Below the pieces are notes generated by a model, which had not been told where the DNA came from, did no database searches, and worked only from the letters and a program-made list of their open reading frames with translations. A stretch of DNA of 48,661 bases. Origin: Deferribacterales bacterium. GTDB taxonomy: Bacteria > Chrysiogenota > Deferribacteres > Deferribacterales > Geovibrionaceae. The DNA lies in contig JBFWJG010000012.1 of assembly GCA_050253335.1 (NCBI GenBank), forward strand, positions 1 to 48,661, in the 5' to 3' direction. Shown one piece after another: positions 1-9,200 of the stretch (position 1 is the first letter of the stretch; each line of letters begins with the position of its first letter). Made by a program: the position numbers and the translations under genes.

Positions 1-19
1 CACGACGCTCTTCCGATCT
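1..19 (+). other. Untrimmed Illumina TruSeq adapter / Read 1 primer tail (artifact)
   Basis: CACGACGCTCTTCCGATCT is the last 19 nt of ACACTCTTTCCCTACACGACGCTCTTCCGATCT and sits at the very start of the window. Confidence 0.95.
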
Positions 20-865
20 ATGACCCTTATCCTCTCTGCGGTATTCATGGCGGCATCTTTTTCCGCTCATGCGGCAAATGTAATCACTGTCGAGAACGAG
101 TGCGTAACCGTCGAGGATATTTTCCCGAACATCGGCATAAAGGATCAGGTTTTCTGCGGTCTTGACTACGGCGAGACAAGAAAGCTCAGCACTCAGCTTG
201 CCGCGCATATCATAAACAAGCACAACATAAAAGCCGCCCCGGGCGAGGCCTATTTCAACCGTAAAGGTAAAAAGATAGACCAGACGGAGATAGAGGCGAA
301 GATATATGAAAAGCTCTCCCTGATATATCCCCACGCGGAGCTTCAGATTGATAAAATCCGCATCCAGAGCGATATATACACCGGAGCGGACGGCAGATTC
401 AGCATCGATATACCAAATCCCAGAATCGGTGGGATGTACGGCAGGCTGAACAACGGCTTCAAGGAGATCGGCTTCACCGTTTATGTGAAAGGCTACATGG
501 AAGTTTTTGTCACCACAGACAGAATCAGGAAAGGCGACAGCATAGCAAACTATGTGAAAACGGAGAAAGTTGAACTCTCAAGACTGAGGGGCGAGCCGGT
601 GGCCGATGTCGAAGGGCTGATAGCGGTGCGTGGAATCGGCGCGGGCGTTCCCATCACAGGGGAATATGTTTCCGAGCAGCCCGATCTGCCTGAAGGAGCG
701 GCCGTCAGGCTTGTTTACAGCGGCGGCGGACTGCGCCTTGAAGCAAGGGGAATACTTCAGGAAAACGCCTTCTCCGGCAATATAATAAAAGTAAAGAACG
801 CTGATTCGGGCAAAATAGTTACAGCGAAATATCAGGGCGGAAGAACGGCTGTGGTGAATTTCTGA
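20..865 (+). CDS. flgA: Flagellar basal-body P-ring formation chaperone FlgA (5' end possibly truncated)
   Basis: Signal peptide ending AHA; C-terminal SAF/FlgA-like segment (GLRLEARGILQENAFSGNIIKVKNADSGKIV); upstream of flgH-flgI. The ATG abuts the adapter. Confidence 0.85.
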   Translation: MTLILSAVFMAASFSAHAANVITVENECVTVEDIFPNIGIKDQVFCGLDYGETRKLSTQLAAHIINKHNIKAAPGEAYFNRKGKKIDQTEIEAKIYEKLSLIYPHAELQIDKIRIQSDIYTGADGRFSIDIPNPRIGGMYGRLNNGFKEIGFTVYVKGYMEVFVTTDRIRKGDSIANYVKTEKVELSRLRGEPVADVEGLIAVRGIGAGVPITGEYVSEQPDLPEGAAVRLVYSGGGLRLEARGILQENAFSGNIIKVKNADSGKIVTAKYQGGRTAVVNF

Positions 866-872
866 TTTAATA

Positions 873-968
873 ACATTAAACCGTACATCCTGTCGGTTTA
901 ATGTACACGCTCACGGCGGGATAAACCCGCCTTCGCTCCGCACGGCGAACTCCCATCCTTGGGAGTTC
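873..968. repeat. Three-hairpin repeat family A, copy 1
   Basis: ACATTAAACCG-T-ACA-TCC-TGT-CGGTTTAATGT; linker ACACGCTCAC; GGCGGG-ATAAA-CCCGCC; linker TTCGCTCCGCACGGC; GAACTCCCA-TCCT-TGGGAGTTC. Confidence 0.9.
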
Positions 969-979
969 AAGGCTTAATA

Positions 980-1063
980 ACATTAAACCGTACATCCTGT
1001 CGGTTTAATGTACACGCTCGCGGCGGGATAAGCCCGCCTTCGCTACGCACGGCGAACTCCCAT
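980..1063. repeat. Three-hairpin repeat family A, copy 2 (tandem, period 107, third hairpin truncated)
   Basis: Near-identical to 873-956; stops after GAACTCCCAT. Confidence 0.9.
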
Positions 1064-1065
1064 AC

Positions 1066-1124
1066 GGAGGCTTTAGTTTTAACAACAGCTTCCCCCTTTA
1101 TCAAAGGGGGACAGAGGGGGATTT
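1066..1124. repeat. Repeat family B (TCCCCCTTT-N3-AAAGGGGGA..AGGGGGATTT), left-truncated copy
   Basis: TTTTAACAACAGCTTCCCCCTTTATCAAAGGGGGACAGAGGGGGATTT closely matches 44279-44330. Confidence 0.8.
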
Positions 1125-1278
1125 ATTGATATACCCGCCCCCGCATGCTCTGAAAAGCATCACTTCGAACCCTCAGAGGTGAAGCGGTCTCTCAGCGTCT
1201 CATCAAAACAGGGAAATATATTCCCCCTTCCAACCGCCGTATACCATAAATATCTGATAATTTGCAATTTACCATCTT

Positions 1279-1294
1279 TGGCACGTTTCTTTCT
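1279..1294 (+). promoter_or_regulatory. Putative sigma54 promoter for flgH
   Basis: TGGCACG-TTTC-TTTCT versus consensus TGGCACG-N4-TTGCW; one mismatch, in the conserved GC; 35 nt before the flgH start. Confidence 0.5.
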
Positions 1295-1328
1295 ATTACA
1301 TCTCCGAATCCCTTCACAGAGGTGTACA

Positions 1329-2063
1329 ATGAGCACAGGAACAAGAAAATTTTTCACGGCAGGTCTGGTTCTTTCTGCCCTTCTCATATTCTCCGGCTGC
1401 GCCAAGCAGTACGACTTTGAGCCTGAAGCATACAAACCCAGCTACAAGGAAGACATTGAGCGCTACGCCATGCAGCAGAGGGAAAAAGTTCCGACAGCCT
1501 CCCTCTGGGCGGATTCAGGAGTGAGAGGAACACTTTTCCTTGACTACAAAGCCCGTCAGGTCGGCGATCTCATTGTGGTGAACATTGTGGAATCATCCTC
1601 CGCCAGCAACTCCAACTCAACACAGACAAGCAAATCAGGCAGCAACAACTCCTCAGTAACAGCCGCTCTTGGGCTTCCCCTTAACCTCGGCATGAGCAAC
1701 TTTCTCGGCACAGGCGGCGAGTTCAGCCCGACCATCGGCACAAACACGTCAGAATCCTTTGCAGGAAACGGAAGCAAAAGCAAATCCGATTCAGTGAGCG
1801 CCACCATAGCCGCAAGGGTGATTGAGATTCTCCCCAGCGGCAACCTTGTGATCGAAGGCAACCGCGAGATAATAGTCGATCAGGAAAAACAGATAATAAA
1901 ACTCACCGGAGTAATCAGGCAGAAGGATATAAGCGCCGAGAACACTGTTCTCTCCACTTCCATTGCCGATGCCCGCATATCCTACAGCGGCAAGGGCATA
2001 ATCTCCGATTCCAATAAAAAAGGCTGGCTGGGAACTGTTCTCGGCTGGGTATGGCCCTTCTAG
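1329..2063 (+). CDS. flgH: Flagellar L-ring lipoprotein FlgH
   Basis: Lipobox FSGC; motifs KARQVGDLIVVNIVE, GNLVIEG, IADARISYSGKG and C-terminal WPF. Start set at ATG 1329 with GAGGT RBS. Confidence 0.95.
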   Translation: MSTGTRKFFTAGLVLSALLIFSGCAKQYDFEPEAYKPSYKEDIERYAMQQREKVPTASLWADSGVRGTLFLDYKARQVGDLIVVNIVESSSASNSNSTQTSKSGSNNSSVTAALGLPLNLGMSNFLGTGGEFSPTIGTNTSESFAGNGSKSKSDSVSATIAARVIEILPSGNLVIEGNREIIVDQEKQIIKLTGVIRQKDISAENTVLSTSIADARISYSGKGIISDSNKKGWLGTVLGWVWPF

Positions 2064-2074
2064 GAGCTGATGAA

Positions 2075-3160
2075 ATGAAGAAATTTGCCGTAATACTCCT
2101 TATTTTTTTCATAGGCCTTGAGGCTTCCGCAAACGTAAAAATACGCGACCTTGTGAACATAAAAGGGATCAGAGACAACCAACTTATAGGCTACGGCCTC
2201 GTTGTGGGGCTTAACGGCACAGGGGACAAAACCGGAACAGAGTTCACCATACAGTCCCTTGTGAACATGCTGGAAAGAATGGGAATAACCGTCAACAAGG
2301 ATGATGTTAAGGTAAAAAACGTTGCCGCTGTGATGGTTACGGCAAAGCTTCCCGCCTTTGCGAAGAACGGCAGCAAGACAGACGTGGTTGTCTCCTCCAT
2401 TGGCGACGCCAAGAGCCTTGAGGGCGGAACGCTTCTCATGACGCCCCTTTCCGCCGCGAACGGACAGACCTACGCAGTGGCGCAGGGTCCCATATCGGTC
2501 GGGGGGATGAATGTTTCCTCCGGCGGAGCGGGAGCGGTAAAAAACCACCCCACAGTGGGAATGATCCCCAACGGCGCGCTTGTTGAAAGGGAAATAGACT
2601 TCCAGATGAACACCAATTTCTTTGAAATAGCATTCAACACATACAACATGACAAACGTTGTAAGGGCAAAAGACGCCATCAACGCATACATCGGCTCTGA
2701 TGTGGCTTCCATAACCTCGCCCACAAGCATCAAAGTGGATATACCGGACGTTTTCCGCACTAACTTTTATGATTTCATGGACTCAGTGCTCAGCATACCC
2801 GTTGAGCCCGCAGGCAAGGCGAAAGTGGTTGTGGACGAGCGCACGGGGACAATTGTTATGGGCGCCGATGTGCGGATAAGCACCGTTGCGGTCTCCCACG
2901 GAAACCTCACCATAACAATAAGCAGCACGGTGGACACCGAGCGCAACCTCTTCAACCCGTTTGAGGAGACCACAACGGAAACCACTAATATCCAGGTTGA
3001 GGAAGAGCCCAACAAGCTGATGGTTGTGCCCGAAGGGATAAGCATAAGCGACCTTGTGAAGGCGCTGAACTCCATAGGCGTAACCCCCAGAGACCTCATT
3101 TCGGTTCTTCAGGCCATCAACTCCGCAGGTGCTCTGCACGGCGAGCTGGAGGTGATGTAA
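2075..3160 (+). CDS. flgI: Flagellar P-ring protein FlgI
   Basis: GIRDNQLIGYGLVVGLNGTGD, KNVAAVMVTA, GDAKSLEGGTLL motifs; start ATG 2075 after GGAG. Confidence 0.97.
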   Translation: MKKFAVILLIFFIGLEASANVKIRDLVNIKGIRDNQLIGYGLVVGLNGTGDKTGTEFTIQSLVNMLERMGITVNKDDVKVKNVAAVMVTAKLPAFAKNGSKTDVVVSSIGDAKSLEGGTLLMTPLSAANGQTYAVAQGPISVGGMNVSSGGAGAVKNHPTVGMIPNGALVEREIDFQMNTNFFEIAFNTYNMTNVVRAKDAINAYIGSDVASITSPTSIKVDIPDVFRTNFYDFMDSVLSIPVEPAGKAKVVVDERTGTIVMGADVRISTVAVSHGNLTITISSTVDTERNLFNPFEETTTETTNIQVEEEPNKLMVVPEGISISDLVKALNSIGVTPRDLISVLQAINSAGALHGELEVM

Positions 3161-3564
3161 TGTTCGCAGAAACGGTCAGGGAAGCCAAAAGCTTTGACGG
3201 CTACACCACGATTGACAAGGAAAAAAGGCTTAAAGAGGCCTGCCAGGACTTCGAGGCTATGTTCTACGACATGATATATAAAACCATGCGTAAAGCCACC
3301 ATGGAGTCTGACCTTGTAAAGAAAAGCGCAGGCGAAAAATACTTCACAGAGATGCTTGACACTGAAATGTCAAAAAAAGCCGCTGAAGAGTCCAAGGGCG
3401 GCATAGGCGACATGCTTTTTGAGCAGATGAAGAAATATCTTCCCGGATCGGATCAGGGAAACAATTACCACGGGGAAAAGAAAACTGATCTCAAAAACCC
3501 CTACAACAGCGCAAACACGCTGATCGGCAACAGAAAAGGCAATGGCATAAACGTTGCTATTTAA
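3160..3564 (+). CDS. flgJ: Flagellar rod-binding protein FlgJ (short form, no muramidase domain)
   Basis: LKEACQDFEAMF..MRKA..FTEMLD..GIGDMLFEQM rod-binding signature; TAATG coupling to flgI. Confidence 0.9.
   Translation: MFAETVREAKSFDGYTTIDKEKRLKEACQDFEAMFYDMIYKTMRKATMESDLVKKSAGEKYFTEMLDTEMSKKAAEESKGGIGDMLFEQMKKYLPGSDQGNNYHGEKKTDLKNPYNSANTLIGNRKGNGINVAI
3543..3558 (+). promoter_or_regulatory. Sigma54 promoter upstream of flgM, inside the last codons of flgJ
   Basis: TGGCAT-AAACG-TTGCT with exact GG-N10-GC spacing. Confidence 0.7.
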
Positions 3565-3624
3565 TAACTAAGAACGAGATTGCGTGAAAGGCAAGTTTCA
3601 CTGGAAACTGAAGGCAAATACTGC

Positions 3625-3651
3625 TAAAGTTGGAATGTAATCTGCCGATAT
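3625..3651 (+). promoter_or_regulatory. Sigma28 (FliA) promoter for flgM
   Basis: TAAA-N15-GCCGATAT, 25 nt before the flgM start, followed by GGAGG RBS. Confidence 0.85.
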
Positions 3652-3675
3652 ATAAGACATCGGAGGAGCATTGAC

Positions 3676-3972
3676 ATGAGGATCGAAGACAAAATCAGCC
3701 TCTCGCTGAAAAAAACTGAACAGTCTGAACAGGCAAAAGCGAAGAAGAGCGAATCTTCCTCTGCGAAGAAGTCTGCCGAAACTGACAGCGTGTCCTTATC
3801 CTCCGGCGCCAAAGAAGCAGTTGCCATTTCCAAGAAGCTTAAAGCGGCTTCCGACATACGCATTGAACTTGTAAACGAAATCCGCGGCAAAATCGAAAAC
3901 GGAACCTACGAGGTTTCCGGCAGACAGGTCGCGGAAAAAGTTGTCAATGCGGCCATAGACGATATTTTCTAA
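3676..3972 (+). CDS. flgM: Anti-sigma28 factor FlgM
   Basis: DSVSLS and IRIELVNEIRGKIENGTYEVSGRQVAEK motifs; gene context. Confidence 0.95.
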   Translation: MRIEDKISLSLKKTEQSEQAKAKKSESSSAKKSAETDSVSLSSGAKEAVAISKKLKAASDIRIELVNEIRGKIENGTYEVSGRQVAEKVVNAAIDDIF

Positions 3973-4020
3973 AAAAGCCCTTTCCCGCACATCTCGACCC
4001 CCCGCATATGGAGGCAAGGG

Positions 4021-4500
4021 ATGGACAGATTCAGAAACCTTCTTGATATACTGAAGTCGCAGTGCGAGCTTTATTCTGAGCTTGCGTCCGTTATGGCGCT
4101 TGAGAAAGAAGCCGTAGCCAGATGGAATGTCGATGACACGCTGGAACTCACCAAGCGCAAGGATACCCTTGTTTATAAGGAGAAGATCCTTGAGGAAGCC
4201 AGACGCACAATAATCAAAAAAATCAGCATGGATGAAGGCAGGGACGAAATATCTCTGTCTGAAATTATAGATCTCGCGGACGGGACGGAGCTCAGGAGTG
4301 AGTTCAATCAGGTGCGCACTAACCTGAAAAACGTAATGCACAGGCTTAATGATGAAAACCTCGCCCTCAAGATCCTCTACAGGACAAACATAAGCCTTGT
4401 GAACGACTTTTTCGACAGGCTGGGCATCACCGCAGGCAGCACCTACGGCACACAGGGCAAGCCCAGAGGCGTAAACTCCCTGCTTGACAAAAGAGGATAG
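4021..4500 (+). CDS. flgN: Flagellar export chaperone FlgN
   Basis: Helical 159-aa protein between flgM and flgK, ending with N..L..F and TYG motifs. Confidence 0.85.
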   Translation: MDRFRNLLDILKSQCELYSELASVMALEKEAVARWNVDDTLELTKRKDTLVYKEKILEEARRTIIKKISMDEGRDEISLSEIIDLADGTELRSEFNQVRTNLKNVMHRLNDENLALKILYRTNISLVNDFFDRLGITAGSTYGTQGKPRGVNSLLDKRG

Positions 4501-4509
4501 GAGGGCGCC

Positions 4510-6267
4510 GTGTCCAATATTTTCGGCATATTCAACAGCGGTATTTCAGGGCTGATGGCCTCTCAGGCCGGCATAGACGTGACAGGCCACAACATAGCCA
4601 ACGTCAATACCGCAGGCTACTCCAGACAGACAGTGAGCCTCACCACTCAGACCCCCAATATCAACGGCTCGCAGGTTTTCGGCAGAGGCGTTCAGATAAC
4701 GTCCATCACAAGGGTTTATGATGAAATCCTCGCTGAAAGCATACGCAACGAACAGTCTCAGCTCAGCTATTACACCTCCATACAGACCACGCTTTCCAAA
4801 GTCAGCGTGTATTTCAATGAGCTTGAGGACGGTTCCGGCCTTGGGGAATCGCTGAGAGACTACTTCGACGCATGGCAGGATCTCGCCAATAACCCTACAG
4901 ATCAGGCTGAGGAAGCTCTCGCGAAAAGAGTGACCCTTGTTGAAACCACAAATACGCTCACCCAGAAGATACAGAGCAGCTACAACCAGCTTGAAAGCTT
5001 CAGAGAGGAAGCGGACTATAATATCTCGTCATACGTTGATGAAATAAACCAGCTCACTGAGGCGCTCGCGGAGATAAACGGACAGATAGCCAAGGTGGAG
5101 TCACTGGGCAACACGGCAAACGACTACCGTGACAAAAGGGATCAGATCCTTACCAGACTCTCCGAACTTGCCAATGTGAGCGTAAATGAGAAATCAAACG
5201 GTCAGGTTACGGTGTACCTCGGCGGAAGCGCACTGGTGGACGACAAAGTCAATTACAAGCTTTTCGCGGAAGGCGATAACAACAATAACGGGCACTACAG
5301 AATAACATGGGGAACAGCCATAGACTCCAAAGGGCAGACCGACCTCACGTCATTCATTACGGGCGGCGCTATAGGCGCTGAACTCGCCGCAAGAGACGAA
5401 GTGGTGACAAACTACATGTCTCAGCTTGACGAGCTTGCCGTAACCCTCATAAACGAAACCAACAGAGTGCATTCTCTCGGTCAGGGCGTTAACAGGTTCA
5501 CACAGATGACCTCAAATAACGGCGTGCCCAACCCTTCCTTTGTGTTTTCGCAGGAGCCGGGTGCATTCCCCACGGAACAGATAACAAAAGGCACAATGAG
5601 GATAACAGTTTACGACTCTGACGGGGAACCCGCCGGAACCTACGATATAGACATTGATCCGGACAGGGACAACCTCAACAGCGTGATACAGAAAATATCC
5701 GCGGCGGACGGAGACCTGACAGGCGGAAAGCTTCAGGCATCAATCTCGCTGGACAACACTGTGAAAATCTCCACCGAGGCGGGTTATACCTTCGCCTTCA
5801 CGGAGGATACCTCAAACTTCCTTGTGGCGGCGGGGCTGAACTCCTACTTCTCGGGAACAGGGGCAAACGATATTAAGCTTTCAAACCTCATACAGGAAAA
5901 CAACCTGTACATCGCAACCGGAACAAGCGGAGCCGCAGGGGACAACACCGTCGCCGCGAAGCTCGCCAACCTCAAATTTGAGAAAGTTTTTGAAGAACAG
6001 GGGATAACCATAGACGGCTTTTACAGCTATTTTGTGGCCACCCTCGCCAGCGAGAAAAATCAGGCGGACACTTTTGTAACAACAATAACCTACTCCCTCA
6101 GCGAGCTTCAGCTCAAGATGGAGGAAATACAGGGCGTTTCCATGGACGAGGAACTCACCAACCTTATGAGATTCCAGCGTTCATACGAGGCAAGCGCCAG
6201 ATTCATAACCACGGTTGACAGCATGATAGACAAGCTGATCAACGGCACGGGACTTGTGGGCAGATAA
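4510..6267 (+). CDS. flgK: Flagellar hook-associated protein FlgK
   Basis: GHNIANVNTAGYSRQ at the N-terminus; GVSMDEELTNLMRFQRSYEASAR at the C-terminus; GTG start. Confidence 0.97.
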   Translation: MSNIFGIFNSGISGLMASQAGIDVTGHNIANVNTAGYSRQTVSLTTQTPNINGSQVFGRGVQITSITRVYDEILAESIRNEQSQLSYYTSIQTTLSKVSVYFNELEDGSGLGESLRDYFDAWQDLANNPTDQAEEALAKRVTLVETTNTLTQKIQSSYNQLESFREEADYNISSYVDEINQLTEALAEINGQIAKVESLGNTANDYRDKRDQILTRLSELANVSVNEKSNGQVTVYLGGSALVDDKVNYKLFAEGDNNNNGHYRITWGTAIDSKGQTDLTSFITGGAIGAELAARDEVVTNYMSQLDELAVTLINETNRVHSLGQGVNRFTQMTSNNGVPNPSFVFSQEPGAFPTEQITKGTMRITVYDSDGEPAGTYDIDIDPDRDNLNSVIQKISAADGDLTGGKLQASISLDNTVKISTEAGYTFAFTEDTSNFLVAAGLNSYFSGTGANDIKLSNLIQENNLYIATGTSGAAGDNTVAAKLANLKFEKVFEEQGITIDGFYSYFVATLASEKNQADTFVTTITYSLSELQLKMEEIQGVSMDEELTNLMRFQRSYEASARFITTVDSMIDKLINGTGLVGR

Positions 6268-6282
6268 TAGCAGGGTGCTGAT

Positions 6283-9200
6283 ATGAGAGTTACTTACAAT
6301 TACATGACAATGAGATACCTCACCGGAATCCAGAACAACCTCAACGGTGTTTCAAACGGTCTGGACGCGGTCACGAAGGGGCGGAACCTCCTCACTCCGG
6401 AGCAGGACCCGGTAAGCTACATCTCCGCCCTCACCATACAGACCATGCTTGATGAATCCGCTCAGTTCAAAAGGAATGCGGAAAACGCCCTTACATGGCT
6501 CAGCAACGGCGATAATGAGCTTCAGTCCGCATCCAGCCTGATCAGTAAAGCGCTGAACGAGTACGCCATTTACGGCATGAACGACAGCCAGAGCACAGAA
6601 AGCCGTCAGGCTCTCGCAGGGGATGTTCAGGGGATAATCGAAGGTCTGCTCAATGTGGGCAACGCCTATTACAACGGTCGCTACCTTTTCTCCGGACACG
6701 CCACACAGACCAAGCCTTTCCAGACTCAGGAAAGGCAGGTAAGCTCCGTGGTCTCCAACATAAACGGCGCTGACGCCATGGTGCAGAAGCAGTACAACGA
6801 CATGCCGGAACTCAAGGAAGGCTCCTACACCATGAAGGTGACCGTCACCAACGGCATCGCCTCTGTTCAGCTTTTTGACAAAAACAACAATAAAGTGCTC
6901 TTGGATACAAACGGAACCGATGAAACGGCAGGAAAAGGGAACAACACGTCCTATACACTCACCACGGCCTACTCAAAAGGCATGGTAATAAACACAGGCA
7001 CAGGGGCAGGGGTCAAGCTGCCTGACGCCGACATGGAAGGGCGCACCCTCACCACAACTTTTTACTACAAACCGGGCGACAACGTAAGCTATTACGGCGA
7101 TGAAGGAATAGTCACCACCAAAATAGGCTACAGTCAGGATGTGGACATAAACATGACCGGACAGGAAATCTTTATGGAAACATACAAGACCCTGCGCGGA
7201 ACAGTCACCAACACCGTCAACGGCCTCTATGCCACACCCACGACCTACTTCTCCTCCCTTGACGGAGCAAACGCCATGCTGGCGGATTCCATAAGCATAA
7301 ACGGAACCGACCACAACGGCTATAAAATAGGCATAGCGAAGCTTACCGCTCCCGCTGCCGTCACACTTGACATGGCGACAGCCACCAAGGCGGAAAGAAC
7401 AGTCACACTGAAATACGCGGATGAAGAGTTTGAGCTGACCCTCGATCAGAAAGGGTACAATGATATAGACGAAGTGATCTTCGAGCTTAACAGAAAACTG
7501 GAGAACGAAGGTCTCGCTGACGAGATTCAGGCTGTTAACGACGGCGACAGGGTTATGTTCATAACCACAAGAAGCGGCGACAGGGTGCAGCTTGATCTCA
7601 GGGGCACAGTGAACAACAAGCTTGGATTCACCGACCCTACCCCTTCCTCGACAACGGATTTCACATACTCCGCCAAAGGCAAGGATACTGTATTCGAAAT
7701 AGGCTACAGCAGCTTTGACCAGCCGGTGACCATAGAATATAAAAACGAAACCCTCACCGGAGGGAACGACAACAGAGCAAATTTCCCCGCGGGAGTAAAT
7801 GAAATCTTCGTGAACGGAGTCGCCATGAGCTTCACCGTCAACGCAGGGGACACAGCGGAAGATATTCAGAATACAATAAATCAGACTCTGAAAGACAAAG
7901 GGTTCGCCTTCACTGTCACGGCTCAGGTGGAATCAACCCCCACGGCAGATATGTATGACCTCACGCTGAAGCTCCACAACGTAAACTACGGAGACGACAC
8001 ATTCCTCTCAGCCAAAGTGGACACGGCGGACGGCGTAAACGATTATCTCACCGCAAATCCGAAAAACTCGGACTACCCCACAACAACCGAAAAAAGGCTC
8101 GGGGATTTTCTCACGTTTGTGGAAAACCTGTATGATAACGCCGTGGACGCGTCCCTTGTGGACGGCAAGCTGGTTGTTCAGGACATAAGAAGCGGCTCCA
8201 GCAGGCTCACTTTCAACATAAATGAAGAGAACACCGGAATAGGCTACCCCATGCTTGAGCAGTCGGTGAAAGTCAGTGGGAAATACACCGGCACAAGGGA
8301 CGACAAATGGTCCTTCAATGTTGTTATGCAGGCCGCCAACCCCATGGATCCCAGTGATTTTGACAAAATAGTCGTCAGCGTCACAGACTCCAAAGGGAAC
8401 AAGGTCTCCACACAGACACTCAGGCAGGACGCCTACCATGGCCAGGAGATTGAGATAACCAAGGGGGTAAAAATTTCCCTCGGACAGGTCACAAACTCCA
8501 CAAGCTTCACTCTTGACCTCAACGCAGGCGCAAACGTGAGCTTCGGCGATATAAACGTGATAGAGGAAGGGAAAAACGTGGATACGTTCCGCTCCCTCAA
8601 GAACCTCTACAACGCTCTGAACCTCGATATCCCCGAACAGGGGATAGGTGCGCCCAGCGCATGGAGGGACACAGCGCTGAACTCAACCGCAACCCCATAT
8701 TTTGACGGAACATTCAGGGGGAACTATAACGATCTTTTCAACTTCCAGATACTGACAACCAACAGCCTCAGCGAGATGTATGTCCAGTCCGAGCTGAAGA
8801 GTGTTACCTCCGAAGTAAACTATACAGCTAACAGCGACATTGATTTCGATCTTGTCGTAAAAGACGGAAACAATGTTTATACCAGAAACATCTTCATAGA
8901 CAGAGACAGCATCTTCGCTTCAGTTGAAAGCCCCGCAGCGGGCACAGAGCCCGCGCGCCTCAGCTTCACGGAGCCGGCAGGCCTCACTTTCTACTATCAG
9001 GACGGAGGAGTCTGGACAGAAAGCGCCGTTAGCGTTCCCGCAGGAAACTACGCCAGTTTGAACGATATAGTTACGGCAATAAATACAGCCCCCGGCCTTC
9101 CGGCGGGAGTAACGGCAAATGCCGACCCCGACGGCACAATAAGCTTCACGGCGGGCGGCACGGTTACGAACCTCAATGTTTCCGGCGATGCGGACAGCGC

